A stretch of DNA of 64,000 nucleotides from Antedon mediterranea (Eukaryota; Animalia; Echinodermata): NCBI RefSeq assembly GCF_964355755.1, contig NC_092670.1, positions 37,498,388-37,562,387 on the forward strand, in the 5' to 3' direction. A model generated the notes under the pieces. That model was not told the origin of the DNA, ran no database searches, and was given only the letters and a program-made list of their open reading frames with translations. This document shows positions 14,148-27,047 of the stretch, piece by piece (the stretch's first letter is position 1; each line of letters starts with the position of its first letter). The position numbers were made by a program, and so were the translations under genes.

Positions 14148-17100
14148 CCTCAAAATATCTTATTGACAGAACAGTTGCACAAACGCACGTCTAGTAATAT
14201 TAAGTTGATTGATTACGGCATTGCTCGGTTCATTAACGGAGAAACCGAGCTACGAGATATTGTTGGCACGTTGGATTATGTCGGTAAGCAATCGTTGATG
14301 AAAATTAATATTACTTAGCTGACGGAAATCAAATATATATTTTCTTTATTGTTTGTTTTGTGGCTTATTGGCGTGGGTGAATATTGAATGATTTTGTTTA
14401 CAATTAAATCTAAAAACTGTTTCTTGAAAGTTGATACTGTATATTGTAACAACATATACTTTTAGATTTTTATGAAATTATACGTTAAAGTTTAAAATAC
14501 ACTAAAATTTTGTTTTGTAACTTGATATGTTTTCATGTTTTAATAGCATGGGCAGACAGATTACATTTCATAGATATTAAAGCGTTAAAGCTTTGTCTAC
14601 ACTAGCAAACTTAATGTGACAAAAAAATGTGGTGTGCCCATATATGGACATGATTTTATGTCATATCACTACCATTATCTGGGCATATCACTACCATATT
14701 TACCATTATAACTAGTTAGTGTACACAGAATTTTAATGTATTGTCAGGATTTTAAGCTAGTCCTCTGGGATTGGCAATGCTAGCATGCTAACCACTACTA
14801 TGATAGGCATACTTGAGATGAATGGTCTTTCTTTCGTTTCTCTTAACTGCAGGATTCAATGTTGACCTTTATTAAAAACAATTATGTAATATTTTGGCGT
14901 CTTTTAGCTCCAGAAGTGATTAACTACGACCCCATTACTTTAGCGAGTGACCTTTGGAGTGTAGGTGTGCTTACGTACGTCATGCTCACCGGCATTTCAC
15001 CGTTCCTCGGAGAATCCAAACAAGAAACGCTACTTAACATCTCACAAATAAATCTAGAGTTTCCAGAAGACATATTTGAGGAGATCTCAGAAGAGGCTCA
15101 AGATTTTATTCAACGACTATGTGTTAAAGATCCAAGGTATGTATCTATTTACACTGTGGTGGAAAACAATGGTTCTTGATGTGATTAATCCCTATTCGTA
15201 AACAAAGCTGTACTATACTATAGTAGTAGTAGTATATATAGTAGTATGTAACATCAACAGGTGTTGAATTTAAACCTACTCATCATCTTGGATGCCCAAG
15301 TTCTTTTAAGCTTTGTCTACACTATCAAACCAGTTGACAATAAAAGTGTGATGTGCCCAAATATGGTAGTGATATGACATCATCATGTCCGTATATGCGC
15401 ACATCACATTTGTCACATAAAGTTTGATAGACAGACAGACAGACAGACAGACTTTAGAGTGCACATGAGTCAAATCTGTACACTGGGTCTCTATTTTTTT
15501 AGTTCAAAAGACTTTAGTTCTACCACCAGAATTATGGTAGAGGCATCTTAAAATTACATTTAAAACATTGGTTTTTTAGATGAGCGTTGTGGGGTTTAGA
15601 GTTCTACACTGAGTCTCCATTTTTCAAAAATACTTAGTTCTACCACCAGGAGTCTTAAAATGACATTTAAAAATTTTTTTTAGAGGAGCATTGTGGGGCA
15701 GTTGTGTTGCTTGGGGGTGTCTGACAGACATCCTTTTGATGGACCTTTGTTTGCATATATTGTAAAATAACAGTCTGATGATGATGAAAGTTTGTTTGGA
15801 GATTGTTAAAGAACTTGTGTGAAATGTAATCAGTGATTGTTTTGTTGCCCTTGGTCTAACTTGTTGTTATTCTAATGTTGTTTTAATAAGAACAACAGCA
15901 ACAAGATCAAATTTTATTGTGTCATCATTAACAGCCATGAATTAAATTTACAATTATATTGACTTGATTTTCTCAATGGAGGGCCATTATACTGGTTATA
16001 TAGGCAATGTGTACCAATGCATTTTGATGGGAAAATTACAATTAAACTAAGCATTTTGTATTTTAATTTACTCGGTGGCGTAACGCAGAGGCCTGAGGCC
16101 CTTGGTTTAGGAACCCTAAGTGGCCATCCAACGCTGGAGACTTGAGGTGTTTTTTGCCTTTTCAACATATTTTAATGCCTGTTGTTTCTTTTGGGCCTAC
16201 TTGGGATACAAGACAAGACTAGAAATTCCACTGTTAATGAAATAAAATCCATTGTTTAGGAAATCCCACCCCCCAATTTTGGCTGAATATTTCATACCCA
16301 GGCCCAATGCTACCACTGCCCATTCACATAAAGACTTATTTGAGTGAATGATGAACATAGTACAGTTGTTTATTATCAATAAAAACTAAAGCCGCATTCC
16401 CAAAGTAATTGCATTTTTTAATTGAAAAATACCGATTGTGGTAAACATCCTCTTTACCAACATCAGACATCATAGATACTGTATTACACAAATATTTTTC
16501 TTACTTGTTTATCTTTCATTTCGGCACACGATTTATCTCCTACTTCACCCTTAAATAACATGTATCAACAACAGTTACCGAATTGCTTTTCTCCGTTGCA
16601 AATGGATCGTGAAAGAGACACTGAAAGAGAAACATCTGCCTATTGAATGCTTTCTTTTTGTCATTATCTTCACACGTTTTTTAGCACAATCATGTATTGT
16701 GTTTTTCATATACTAGCAGGGAAGTGAGTTTAATAACTTGGTAATTAGTGATTGGTATCATGTAAAAATGTATGAACTGTGAACTTTTTAAGTTCTTATT
16801 GAAAGTAAGCCACACTTAAGTTTTGTTAAAACCAACTTTTATCCTATTAAATTGTGAGTGAATTTTGAGTCCTGTATATGTTTTGTAAGTGAGTCAGACC
16901 AGAGTAGTTAATTAAGCTAGTATTTGGTTAATAATAGTTCTGAAAAAAATAATTAATGTTTTTTATTATTATTTTTCTAGTGAGAGATCTACAATAAAAG
17001 AATGTATGATCCACCCGTGGTTTGAGATGACGCTTGACAGTTCAAAAGTCGAGTGCATTTCTGAGGTCAACTCAAATGAAATCTATGAGTGTAAGGAGAA

Positions 17101-17464
17101 AACACATAGTCACCACTGTAATATTGACAAACTAATGAACGATACTGGCGTTGAAAACCTAACGCCTAAAGTAATACGAAATTGTACAACATGTGGTGAA
17201 GAAAAGGAACTTAGCGATGAAATTAAAATGGAAGAATCATTTACTGAACATGTTGAAACGGAAGATCCGAAAATGGATGTTTCGCAGTCGTACGATTCAA
17301 AGATAGATCGGTTGGAGGAGCCGCTTGACAAACAGACAGTACCGTATAGTCCACAAGGTATACGTAGAACATTATCGATAAATAAGGAAAATATTCCGCA
17401 AGATGTAAACGAACCTAAACGATTTAAGATGGATCAACGGAAACAAGAGGCAATAGTTTGCTAG
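14148..17464 (+). CDS. STK17: DRAK/STK17-family Ser/Thr kinase, 3' part; exons 14148-14283, 14908-15136, 16981-17464 (N-lobe exons not found in window)
   Basis: Phase-consistent AG/GT exons give PQNILLT...[11 protein letters not shown]...[56 protein letters not shown].../[15 protein letters not shown]. The tail has KENIP...KRFK as in vertebrate STK17A/B. Confidence 0.9.
14589..14732. mobile_element. MITE family A copy
   Basis: Degenerate TIRs plus the shared core. Confidence 0.75.
15309..15454. mobile_element. MITE family A copy with (GACA)n expansion in the right TIR
   Basis: TIR, shared core and microsatellite. Confidence 0.75.
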
Positions 17465-18171
17465 AAATAAATCGCAAAGACTCTTTAGTAACGACAAACA
17501 AACACTTGAAATAATGAATAACTGCCAAGACTAGTTGTTTGTGCTTGTTGAATGGTAGATGACTGTATTTCTATTATGATTACTGCAGTAATTGAAATAT
17601 GGTAACAGAAATGATAAGAAAATGTAGAATCTGAAATAATATAAATTATAATCAAATGAGTAGGCTATTTAGTAGACAAACAATTGAAAATAATTATGAA
17701 GAATAGACTCTTTGGTACAGACAAATAACAAAGTAGACTCTTTGGTACAGACAAACAATTGAAAAATAATAATAAAAAGTAGACTCTTTGGATCAGACAA
17801 TTGAAATAATATCTGTGAAGACTAGTTTTTTGTGCTAGATGAATGGTAGATGACTTTTTCTATTGTGATTACTGCAGTAATTCTTTTTGCAGTAATCATA
17901 CACCAGTAACACTTTTCAGATGAAAAAACTGCAGTGTTAATTAATGCAGTAACTGCAGTAGAATGTTTACATCTTAATATGTTGTTACAAACTGTATATA
18001 AAACATAGAATGACATTTTAAATCTTTGTATTATTATTACTATTTTTATTATATTGTAGTTTAAAAGTTGAAATGTTTTTATCATATTGTTTACATAAAG
18101 TTTTATGGATTTTAAATGAATAATCCAACTTAATATGGTGTAAATCCTGGACTTGAATGAGCTAAAAAAGA

Positions 18172-18467
18172 ACAGTGTTATACGTCATAGAGATCTTGTT
18201 CACTTGAATAATATCTCTATGGTTATACATGATTTGAGAAGATGAATTTGACAACGTTATAGTTTAGAGATAATCTAAGAAGCGTTGACATTAAAATCAA
18301 TTCAATTTTATGCATGACAGTGTTATACGTCATCGAGATCTTGTTCACTGGAATAATATCTCTATGGTTATACACGATTTGAGAAGATGAATTTGACCAC
18401 GTTAAAGTTTAGAGATAATCTAAGAAGCGTTGACATTAAAATCAATTCAATTTTAATGCATGACAGC
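18172..18467. repeat. Tandem duplication, 2 x ~146 bp
   Basis: ACAGTGTTATACGTCAT...ATGCATG occurs twice in direct succession. Confidence 0.9.
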
Positions 18468-19887
18468 ATTGTTTGAAAAAGTAAACATCCTTAAATCCCA
18501 ATCCTTCTATTGAAGAGTTTTTAACACAGTTGACCAATCGAATACCGATAGTCCTTTGCATATAAAATTTAATGTTTTACATTTTACACCGTACATAATA
18601 AAAAAGAAATTTTAAGTATGTTTGTAAATATGAATTAATAATGCTAGCAATAGGTTTGGTTTACATTAATTTCATTAACAAAATTATATATTATTAAATT
18701 TCTATAGAGAGCAAATTGTTTAAAAAAACAATAGAACAAACTAATTGTTGTAGGCTAAATGTGTGACAATCAATTCCAATACTATATTGAGCACAAATGA
18801 AGATTATCTATTTGTTTAAATATGTATTACTTACAATGTAAAATATACTTACTTAAAATTTCCCCAACTTTTCCGCAAACTCTATTAAAAGTTTTTTGAG
18901 TTACTGGAGTAGTTTAAACTTGACTTCCAAAAGCCTTTCATATTTTGTATCTCATGATTTTTTTATTTTTTTTTTGTCATCTACCCCTAGATTAGATATT
19001 GTTTTTGTTGTTTTTAATACGTGGACCTGAATGTCAATTGAATATGGGAATGATCATTTGTTTGGTATATCATATTCCCATTTTTCTGTTAAATTAGACC
19101 CAAAAGTATCATAAGAACGCTAATAGAGATGTATACTACCCATGTACAGATTATTGTCACCATGATGAGTGGTATAAATTTGTACTGTGGTGTACTTTTA
19201 AGAATCCGTTATTATTATCTGGACAGTAATATTCTACTGTTGATAGACCCTAGTTAATCACCAATCTTTTACCATTTTGAGACTCATTTTTAAGGCTACA
19301 ATTGAACCATAATGTTGACTTATAAACCCTTTAATACATCGCCTAGCAAAAATCCAGAGTTTCCACAAACTGGGGGCTCAACACCTTTGTATGGTATGCG
19401 TCCCCGATGTGTTTAAACACTGGGTATGTTGATATGCGATGTGAGGATACCAACATTATGTTGGCAAACTTCTGTGTGTGAGAACATTGTGGGGTTTGGT
19501 ATGTGTAGCTGTATTCTAATATATTATCCTATTATATTGTATAACTGATTATTATTTACATAAATATATTTAGTTCATCAGTCGACTTAATTTTGAATCG
19601 ATCTGTTAATTTAATCTCTAGAAAGAATAACCTTGATATAAAGAAGTTTTACTGTTATTTTATAAGGTGTATACAAATTAAACTAGAGAGGGCGACATTC
19701 AGAAAGTATTATGCAGAGAGCATTATGTTGGTAACGTTCTATGCAATTGAGATTTTAATAAACTCAATTATGCTGACGATATTTTGTTTGTCGTAATATT
19801 TAGTTTCAGTGCAATACACATATAAATAAGACGGATAGAAATTCAATATTCTTCACATGCTTTGATATACGCGCGTAATATAATAAA

Positions 19888-20204
19888 TGTTATATAACAC
19901 CTATATAAATTCCTGTCATTTGATTGGACGAATGTGGGTCACATGGCGTGCAATAGTACGCACTATTCAACGATCGTTAAATAGTACTTTTTGAAACATT
20001 TTTGTGTACGAAAAAAAAACGTCTAGATGTTATATAAAACAAATAATGAATGTTTTGTATTCGTGTAATGGTACAAATAATGGCACTTGGTGAATGATGA
20101 AAGGTTATATCAACTCGGCTTTGCCTCGTTGATATAACCTTTCATCATTCACCTCGTGCCATTATTTGTACCATTGCACTCATAAACATTCATTATTTGT
20201 ATAT
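19888..20204. mobile_element. Repeat with ~75-bp-arm hairpin (Helentron/DINE-like)
   Basis: Inverted arms 20040-20114 and ~20128-20200 around CTCGGCTTTGCCTCG. Related fragments at ~52610-52720 and ~55395-55540. Confidence 0.6.
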
Positions 20205-20539
20205 TTTATTCGACCGTGCGACAAAGGTGGGGGAAATAAAGGAACAAAATTCAAGTATCCTAAAAAGGGGTTGGCTGTAGTCTTCATTTATATACTGCTC
20301 CTAATTCGTAGTAGTAGACACATCATAATCATTGTTTTATATAACAGTGACGGCAATACAAATAAATGACAACTTAACAACATTTATCACCACACATGAT
20401 ATCTGTGTTGTAGTTTAATGACGTCATAATAAATTACTTTATACTGTAATATATGAAATGAATATAATACTTTAATGTAGAATTTCACAAGTTGAAATAC
20501 AATGGCACATCAAAAGAAACACGCACGCACACGTTTAAG

Positions 20540-20670
20540 ACGCTGATCTCTAGACGTTCATATAACGCGTCTAATGCGCTGATATAACGTTTCTAGACGT
20601 TAATATAACGCGTTTTTAAGCCGCTGTTATAGTCTCTAGACGTTCATATAACGCGTCTAATGCGCTGATA
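20540..20670. repeat. Short tandem repeat of TCTAGACGTTCATATAACGCGT units
   Basis: About three related ~44-bp units. Confidence 0.75.
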
Positions 20671-21742
20671 ATGTGTTTCTTTATTAGCGGTATACTGACT
20701 TTCGTAACTATCTAGAAACATGTACGTTTTGCAACTGACGTGACGGAAAAGATTGGTTGCTCTTTGCATGCATGAATCAAGTTTGCTACATCTGTACCCA
20801 GTATGCTATGACTGTTAATAATAAATACACCAACTCTTATCAAAATAAGTTTTAAATACATAATATCATGAAGTATGCGTGTATAGTGGTGTTTTGGGAA
20901 CAACTTGCAACTAATAATAACCGGGGTTGTTACCTAGCCAGGTGTAGGAATATGTTATGCAAATCATTCATTACATCCGTATTCAAACGTGTCACAACAA
21001 ATTATCGTTATACACTACCGGTCGTCTTCGTCGAATTATCGAAAACAACCCCTATTACACAGTATTTGGAAAATCGACTCTTGCTATTGTAGGGTATGTA
21101 GTTTATTTATATCTTTATATAATCTCCCTCAATAGTATTTACTGTTCAAATACAGACGTCCTATGATAGACTATTCAATTACTGTATGCCTCTTAAACTA
21201 TCAATTCCTTGTGGAATGTAATAAACGTAAAATTATAGCTATACAATTATGAAAACGGTATAACTAATGTTACGCGAGCTTTTAAAATAGAAGTACAATT
21301 TTAGCAATAAAGATATTAGTATTTATCACTCATGTCATGGAGTTCGCGGTATTACCGTATAGATGTTAAGGGCTCGAAACATTCCATCCGAATTATAGCT
21401 TTCATTGTAGTAGCCTAGTCTGGCTACATTAATGAGCCGGACGAGAGCACGTGACCAACATCAACCATTGTTTGATAGTTGTTGATACGCGCGTCCAAAT
21501 TATACAGGTTTTGCACGCGCGCGTCGAGTGTGCTCTTTACCGCTGCCAGTTGCTGTTACAAAATGCAAAAGCACATTAAACATTAGCGCGCAATCGTAAG
21601 TGGAGATGGGGGGGGGGGGCTACTTCAATTCAAACATAGAACATTATTTTATATTTCTTGGTGTAATTTCAAATGTGCTCCACCCGAGTTTACAAGTGAA
21701 CCGCATGCCTTTTTTTCATGCGTAGGCCTACATGTTACGTTA

Positions 21743-22578
21743 TCAAGATGATGGACTGTTGCTACATCTCGCACAGCCACAACTTGTTGGTACGCTCACT
21801 TTTGCACTACGCGCAACACCTCGTAACATTCTACCCGTGTGATCACGGCAGGTACGTAACATGACGTTGATTGATTCTTTACTACTTATATCACAGCATC
21901 GACATACCTGTAAATAAAAACCTGTATGTTAATGTTGAATATTTCCATAATATCATACAAATACATTCAGTCTATGCGCCCTCTATACCCACTTTAAGTT
22001 TAGTCTCGGTTTCAGATAAACCCAGTGGCCGTATTCACCAATAATCAAACTTACGTGAGATAAGTATTTCACTTAACTCAATAAATATAAATAAATACGT
22101 ATTTCTCGTAAATTGTATTCACTTCTTGTATAGAAGATGTTTGGCTTAAAACTGTGAGGGAGATCTGCTTTTATTTACCATCCAACTTACCTACTATTCT
22201 AGTGACGTCAACACGGTTCACAATTTCTTTCTACAACAACAAATGAAGAAGATAGCAAATGCTTACCCTAGTCAAGCCTCTTTTTATACTCCACATCTCG
22301 CTCGACGGACAGTTTCCTTCACATGCTTTTACTAGAACAGTTCCCTCGCATCGTATCTTCGAATTAACGCTTGTTGGGTTTGTGTAAAATCGCTTAACTT
22401 GAGTCGGGTACGATATTTCTGATAGTGCGCATTTAAAATATACGACGTCTGAGGTTCTCCCACCACCGCCGCCGCCGACACCCCGCCTTCCACCACCTCT
22501 AGTAGCACCGTCGCATATACAGGCGAACTTGTAGAGGACGAAAATTACCATCAATGAAATACTGTTCACAGTGGCCAT
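21743..22578 (-). CDS. Secreted cystine-knot hormone, bursicon-beta-like, 158 aa; exons 22578-22267, 21907-21743
   Basis: Hydrophobic signal peptide and Gly-rich linker, then 11 Cys in bursicon spacing: C..C(EGTV)..CEGNC..|VCRCC..LRTCRDHTGRML..PTSCGCARC. Phase-0 intron GTAAGC...TTTACAG. Confidence 0.85.
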
Positions 22579-22774
22579 CTATAAGAGAAGATAATTACTA
22601 AAAACAAAGACAAAATGTCTTCATCTCCCTCATAATAAAAAATCCCGTCAAATTAGACCCTCCCGCCCATTAGCCTATTTACAGACTCGAATTAAAAGTC
22701 TCGATGGTCTATTCTACTACTAGTCGATGATTGTGAAAATAATAATTTAAAGTGATTTATGACAAAAGTGGTAG

Positions 22775-23810
22775 GTGGCCTACAATATTGTTCGTTTAGT
22801 TTTAAATTTCATTTGTGGTAGAAAACAATTTGTTAATATTAATGGTGTTAAGTCAGAAATCGTAACCTCTGACACCGGTGTTCCTCAGGGTACTGTCAAT
22901 GCACCTAAATTATATTCCTTGTATACGGCCGATTACAGATCTTTAAATGATGAGCTTTGCCCCGTTGTTAAATTCGCTGATGACACTTGTACTATTGGTC
23001 TCATAGTTTCAAACAATGATGAACATTATCGTAGCGAAATACAAAGATTTGTTAAATTTTGTGACGATAATTATCTCCAAATAAATGCATCTAAAACAAA
23101 GGAGATGATCATTGATTTTAGGACTAAACATAAATTTAATTTTCAACCAATCACTATCAAAGGTAAAGAAATTGAAATTGTTGACCAGTACAAGTATCTA
23201 GGTATTGTTTTCAATGATAAACTGAGTTGGGGAGACCATATAGACTTCATCAGCAAAAAATTAAATCCCAGAATGTATTGTATGAGAACTTTATATAAAT
23301 TTAACTCCTGTGATTTGATGTTACTTTCGTTCTATAGTTCCGTTATATGTAGTGTTTGGACGTACTGCCTCTCCTGTTGGGCTGGTAATGTTACCGGAGG
23401 GAATAAAGGACGCCTTGAAACTTTCATCCGTCGGGCTGGTAAAATGATTGGTCTGGAACTGCCTTCCATTACCGATGTGCACCTAGAACACCTCCAAGAA
23501 AGATTTTGAACGCATTGAGTCGGATGCCTCTCATCCTCTCCACAAAGTGATCATAGACCAACTTAATCCAAGTGGTAGATTGAGGCTCCTCAGTGTGAAA
23601 ACAAATCGATATGCCAAATCCTTTATTCCCTCCGGTATCATCCAGTACAACAGAAAGTCAAGAAGATAATTTTATCTTCTATTTTTTGATGTTTTTTTAT
23701 GAATGGTTTTATGCTATATTTGTTTTTATTGTGTTTTCTTGTTATTATGACGAGCAATGAATTTCCTTTTTGAGGATCAATAAAAGTTATCTTATCTTAT
23801 CTTATCTTAT
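22775..23810 (+). mobile_element. 5'-truncated non-LTR retrotransposon (Rex1/Babar or L2/CR1-group-like), RT C-terminal half, frameshifted
   Basis: RT motifs GVPQG, KFADD, INASKTKEMIIDF, YKYLG. After a frameshift near 23500 it continues DASHPLH..SGR..KTNRYAKSFIP. Ends in AATAAA plus a (TTATC)n tail at 23787-23810. Confidence 0.9.
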
Positions 23811-23846
23811 GGAGAAGGGCGTTTCGATCCCCGGCTTAGAAATCCC

Positions 23847-24181
23847 TGACCAAGGCTAGTATGGGGTAACGGTAACGGCGTAGGCCTACTTATTGGACGA
23901 TTAAAAAGCTCTGGAAAACAACCATCTATTTTTAGAATGTACTCAATATGTAAGTTCACGTGATCAATGAGTCGGACATTATTATACAGTACGTGAGTAT
24001 GAGGCATTTCTGACCGAGGCTAGTATTGGGGTAACGGACATACTTATTGGACGATGAAAAGCACTGTGTTCGCGCTCTGTAAAACAACCATTATTTTGTT
24101 TCTATTTTTAGAAGGTACTTAATATGTAAGTATTTTCACGTGATCAAAGACATTATACAGTACGTGAGTATGAGGCATTTC
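23847..24181. repeat. Tandem duplication, 2 x ~165 bp
   Basis: CTGACC(A/G)AGGCTAGTAT...GTATGAGGCATTTC occurs twice, with indels. Confidence 0.85.
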
Positions 24182-25075
24182 GGTGTGAAGATGTTAAGTG
24201 CGAATGAATGTTTATGATTTCTAAATGCCATTAATGTCTACAGCAATAAAAAAACATGTAATCTCACCCATCTCAATTGTATAATTGTGTGAAATTCTTG
24301 TTCTACTAGAAATTATCAAATAAATTGAGAATCATTTATTATTACTTATTTCTTTTATATTTTACCTACGCTAATAAAACACAAATTAAATTAATTTCAC
24401 ACTGATTGAATTTCGAAATAAATATAGGAAACTATTATACAATACTTGTTTACAAAACAACATTTATCATCAACCAAAGTGAACAGGCCTAAATGTCAAA
24501 GTACTGCTTATTTTTCGGAACGAACACGTATCTATATTTCACCGCTTAAATCAGAAATAGACCTTTATATAAATAATCAACCTTACCTTGTAAACCACTG
24601 TATCTTTCGAAGATGAAATAAACCCCGTTAAGTTGTACCTTACAAAGCAGCTAATATAATATATATATTTCGCATTGATTCTAATATCCTGTCTCCTACT
24701 CACACAGAGCATATCTTTTCTAAGCATCTACGAATGCTTGTCTCATCCTTATATCCATCCCGTCAAGGTAGGTAATAACGTCAGGAGTGTTTTGCGTAAA
24801 GTAAGGGATTTAGGGAGAATTATTAGTAGCTAGGAGCTGGCTGGCTTGCTGATGATGGTAGTAGGCGGTGTTAGGCGTTAACGTTATTGAATTAAAATTA
24901 ATCAAAATAAATAACTTAACGATTCTTACAAGTTACAGTTAAAGGTTACCTGATTGTTAATGGTTTTTATTTGTTAAATTTAATAGAATCATGAAGTAAT
25001 TATAACAATTGTGGGGCCATTTCGAATTTGTTGGTCGGCTAGCATATTATTGAAATTGAATTAACCTGTATAAAA

Positions 25076-25235
25076 GTCGGTCGGTTTGACGGTTAGGTCG
25101 GTTGGTTTGATGGTTAGGTCGGTCAGTTTGACGGTTAGGTCGGTCGGTTATTTTGTATCTAAAAGGAGGCAAAGTAAACGCAACGCAACGCAACGCAACG
25201 CAACGCAAATGCAACAAACAAAACGCAACGCAAAT
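25076..25235. repeat. 21-bp minisatellite followed by (AACGC)n
   Basis: AGGTCGGTCAGTTTGACGGTT about 3.5 times, then an AACGC run. Confidence 0.8.
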
Positions 25236-26351
25236 GCGTCAATTTGCGTTACGCAAATCATTGTAACCGTGTTCTTGAACGAACATTCCTTTAAATTTGA
25301 AATGCAATCTGTATGCCTATTATTTTTTTTTTTTTTTTTTGGTTACAATTAAAACTTACGGTACTTACCTTTTATTCACAAGAGGATAATACAGTATGAG
25401 AGAACGGTGTAAGCTGCCCACCTCTATGACAGTGTTCCGTGTTATATCTTGAAGTCTTTATTGTTTTGTTCAGGTAAGAATGATGATCACCGTACAAATA
25501 CTCTTACTATAAGTAGTCTTACAATAGGAACGAGCGTCGTCGTCGAATATTTTATGTTATTTCTCTAAATTTTGATAAGAAATTCATTGTTCATTATGTC
25601 TTAATGTCTATTGTTACGATAGTCGTATCCGCAGTTTGTTAGAATAATAAACATACATATTAATACGTGGTGGTTGGCTGAGGAGGCAGAAAAACATTCT
25701 AAGATGACGCGTAGGAGTTGGGCCAACAATATCATAAATATCTCGTAATTTAAAATAATACTTATACAATTACTATTGATAATGGATGAAGGAGGAGGAT
25801 AGGATGGTGATTAGAGGTTGGGTAGGGATGTGCTCACTCTAACTTCGCTTTCAATATTAAAAAGATTATGCACCTTACCGAGATACCGATCATGTGCAAC
25901 ATTTCTAATGAGTGAAAAGTGACTAAATTCTGGTTCAGTGATGAGGAAAGGACAACAATTAGGATTATAAACTCAGTTGTCATACCGTACCAATCTCTCT
26001 CGGAAGAAACCTTCCTTTACATACAAAACATTAACTCGCCAATAGTACAAATTTATATCAGAGGGAGGGGTAAAATCAACAATCAATGTCATCCCACGTA
26101 GTAATCTTTAACCTAGATAGGCCTATTCATCATAGATGGTATACTGTAGGCCTATGAACCGCATGTCACCATGTTTCTTTGGTAACCATAATAATGTTCG
26201 TCTTCAAATTTTCCATATACGGTACTGCAGAGTCGCGAGTATATTTCTAGTGAAATGTTGGTTCCATACAAAGTTCCGGGTGTCCATTTACACGTGTGCT
26301 GCGTGCGAGGCAATGGTATTGGGTTTTTTAAAGCAAACTCATCAGGTCTTA

Positions 26352-26520
26352 AGCTCTGTCTACACTATCAAACGTTATGTTACAAAAATGTGATGTGCCC
26401 ATATATGGACATGATGATGTCATATCACTACCATATTTGAGCATATCACTACCATATTTGAGCATATCACTACCATATTTGTACTTTCTTTGTTAAACTA
26501 GTTTGATAGTGTAGAGCTTT
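26352..26520. mobile_element. MITE family A copy
   Basis: TIRs plus three internal 21-bp units. Confidence 0.8.
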
Positions 26521-26873
26521 ATACATTATCGCACTGTCGCAATATTTTGACTTTTAAACGGCAGGAATCATGACGGCAATAATCGCCTATTCAAAGAATA
26601 TGCACTCTGATATGCATTAACTATGGAATTCAACGTATTGTCCTCCTTTATGCGGATCGCAATTCAAATTAAACACAAGAGAATACACGATGTGCGATGG
26701 ATTGTTAAAAACGTTTTTTTTTACCTTCTAATTTTAAATGCGAGAGAATTTTATATCAACGTCACTCGGTGCGTGCCGTCAATATGACTTCTTCTCAACG
26801 TCGAATGGAACTGCAATCAAAAAATCAAGTTAAAAATACGTAAAATAAGCTGATAGTTTTAGGTATGCCTTAA

Positions 26874-27047
26874 AGCGTGGTTCCCACTAGCGACGCAAGG
26901 ACGTAACGCAACGCAAGTGAATTGACCAATCACAAGCGATGGCTTATTCGCTTGTGATTGCTAACTGTCTATAACTTCGCTTGTCATTGGTTAAAACGCC
27001 TGCGTTGCGTTTACGTCCTTGCGTTACGTTCTAGTGGGAACCAAGCT
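26874..27047. mobile_element. MITE, PIF/Harbinger-like
   Basis: TIR AGC(G/T)TGGTTCCCACTAG extends into a long imperfect palindrome containing AACGC units. Confidence 0.8.

Noticed and set aside
17110-17331. Antisense ORFs over real exons (also 50216-50479, 43953-44153, 53384-53572)
   Set aside because: They are shadows of coding exons on the opposite strand.
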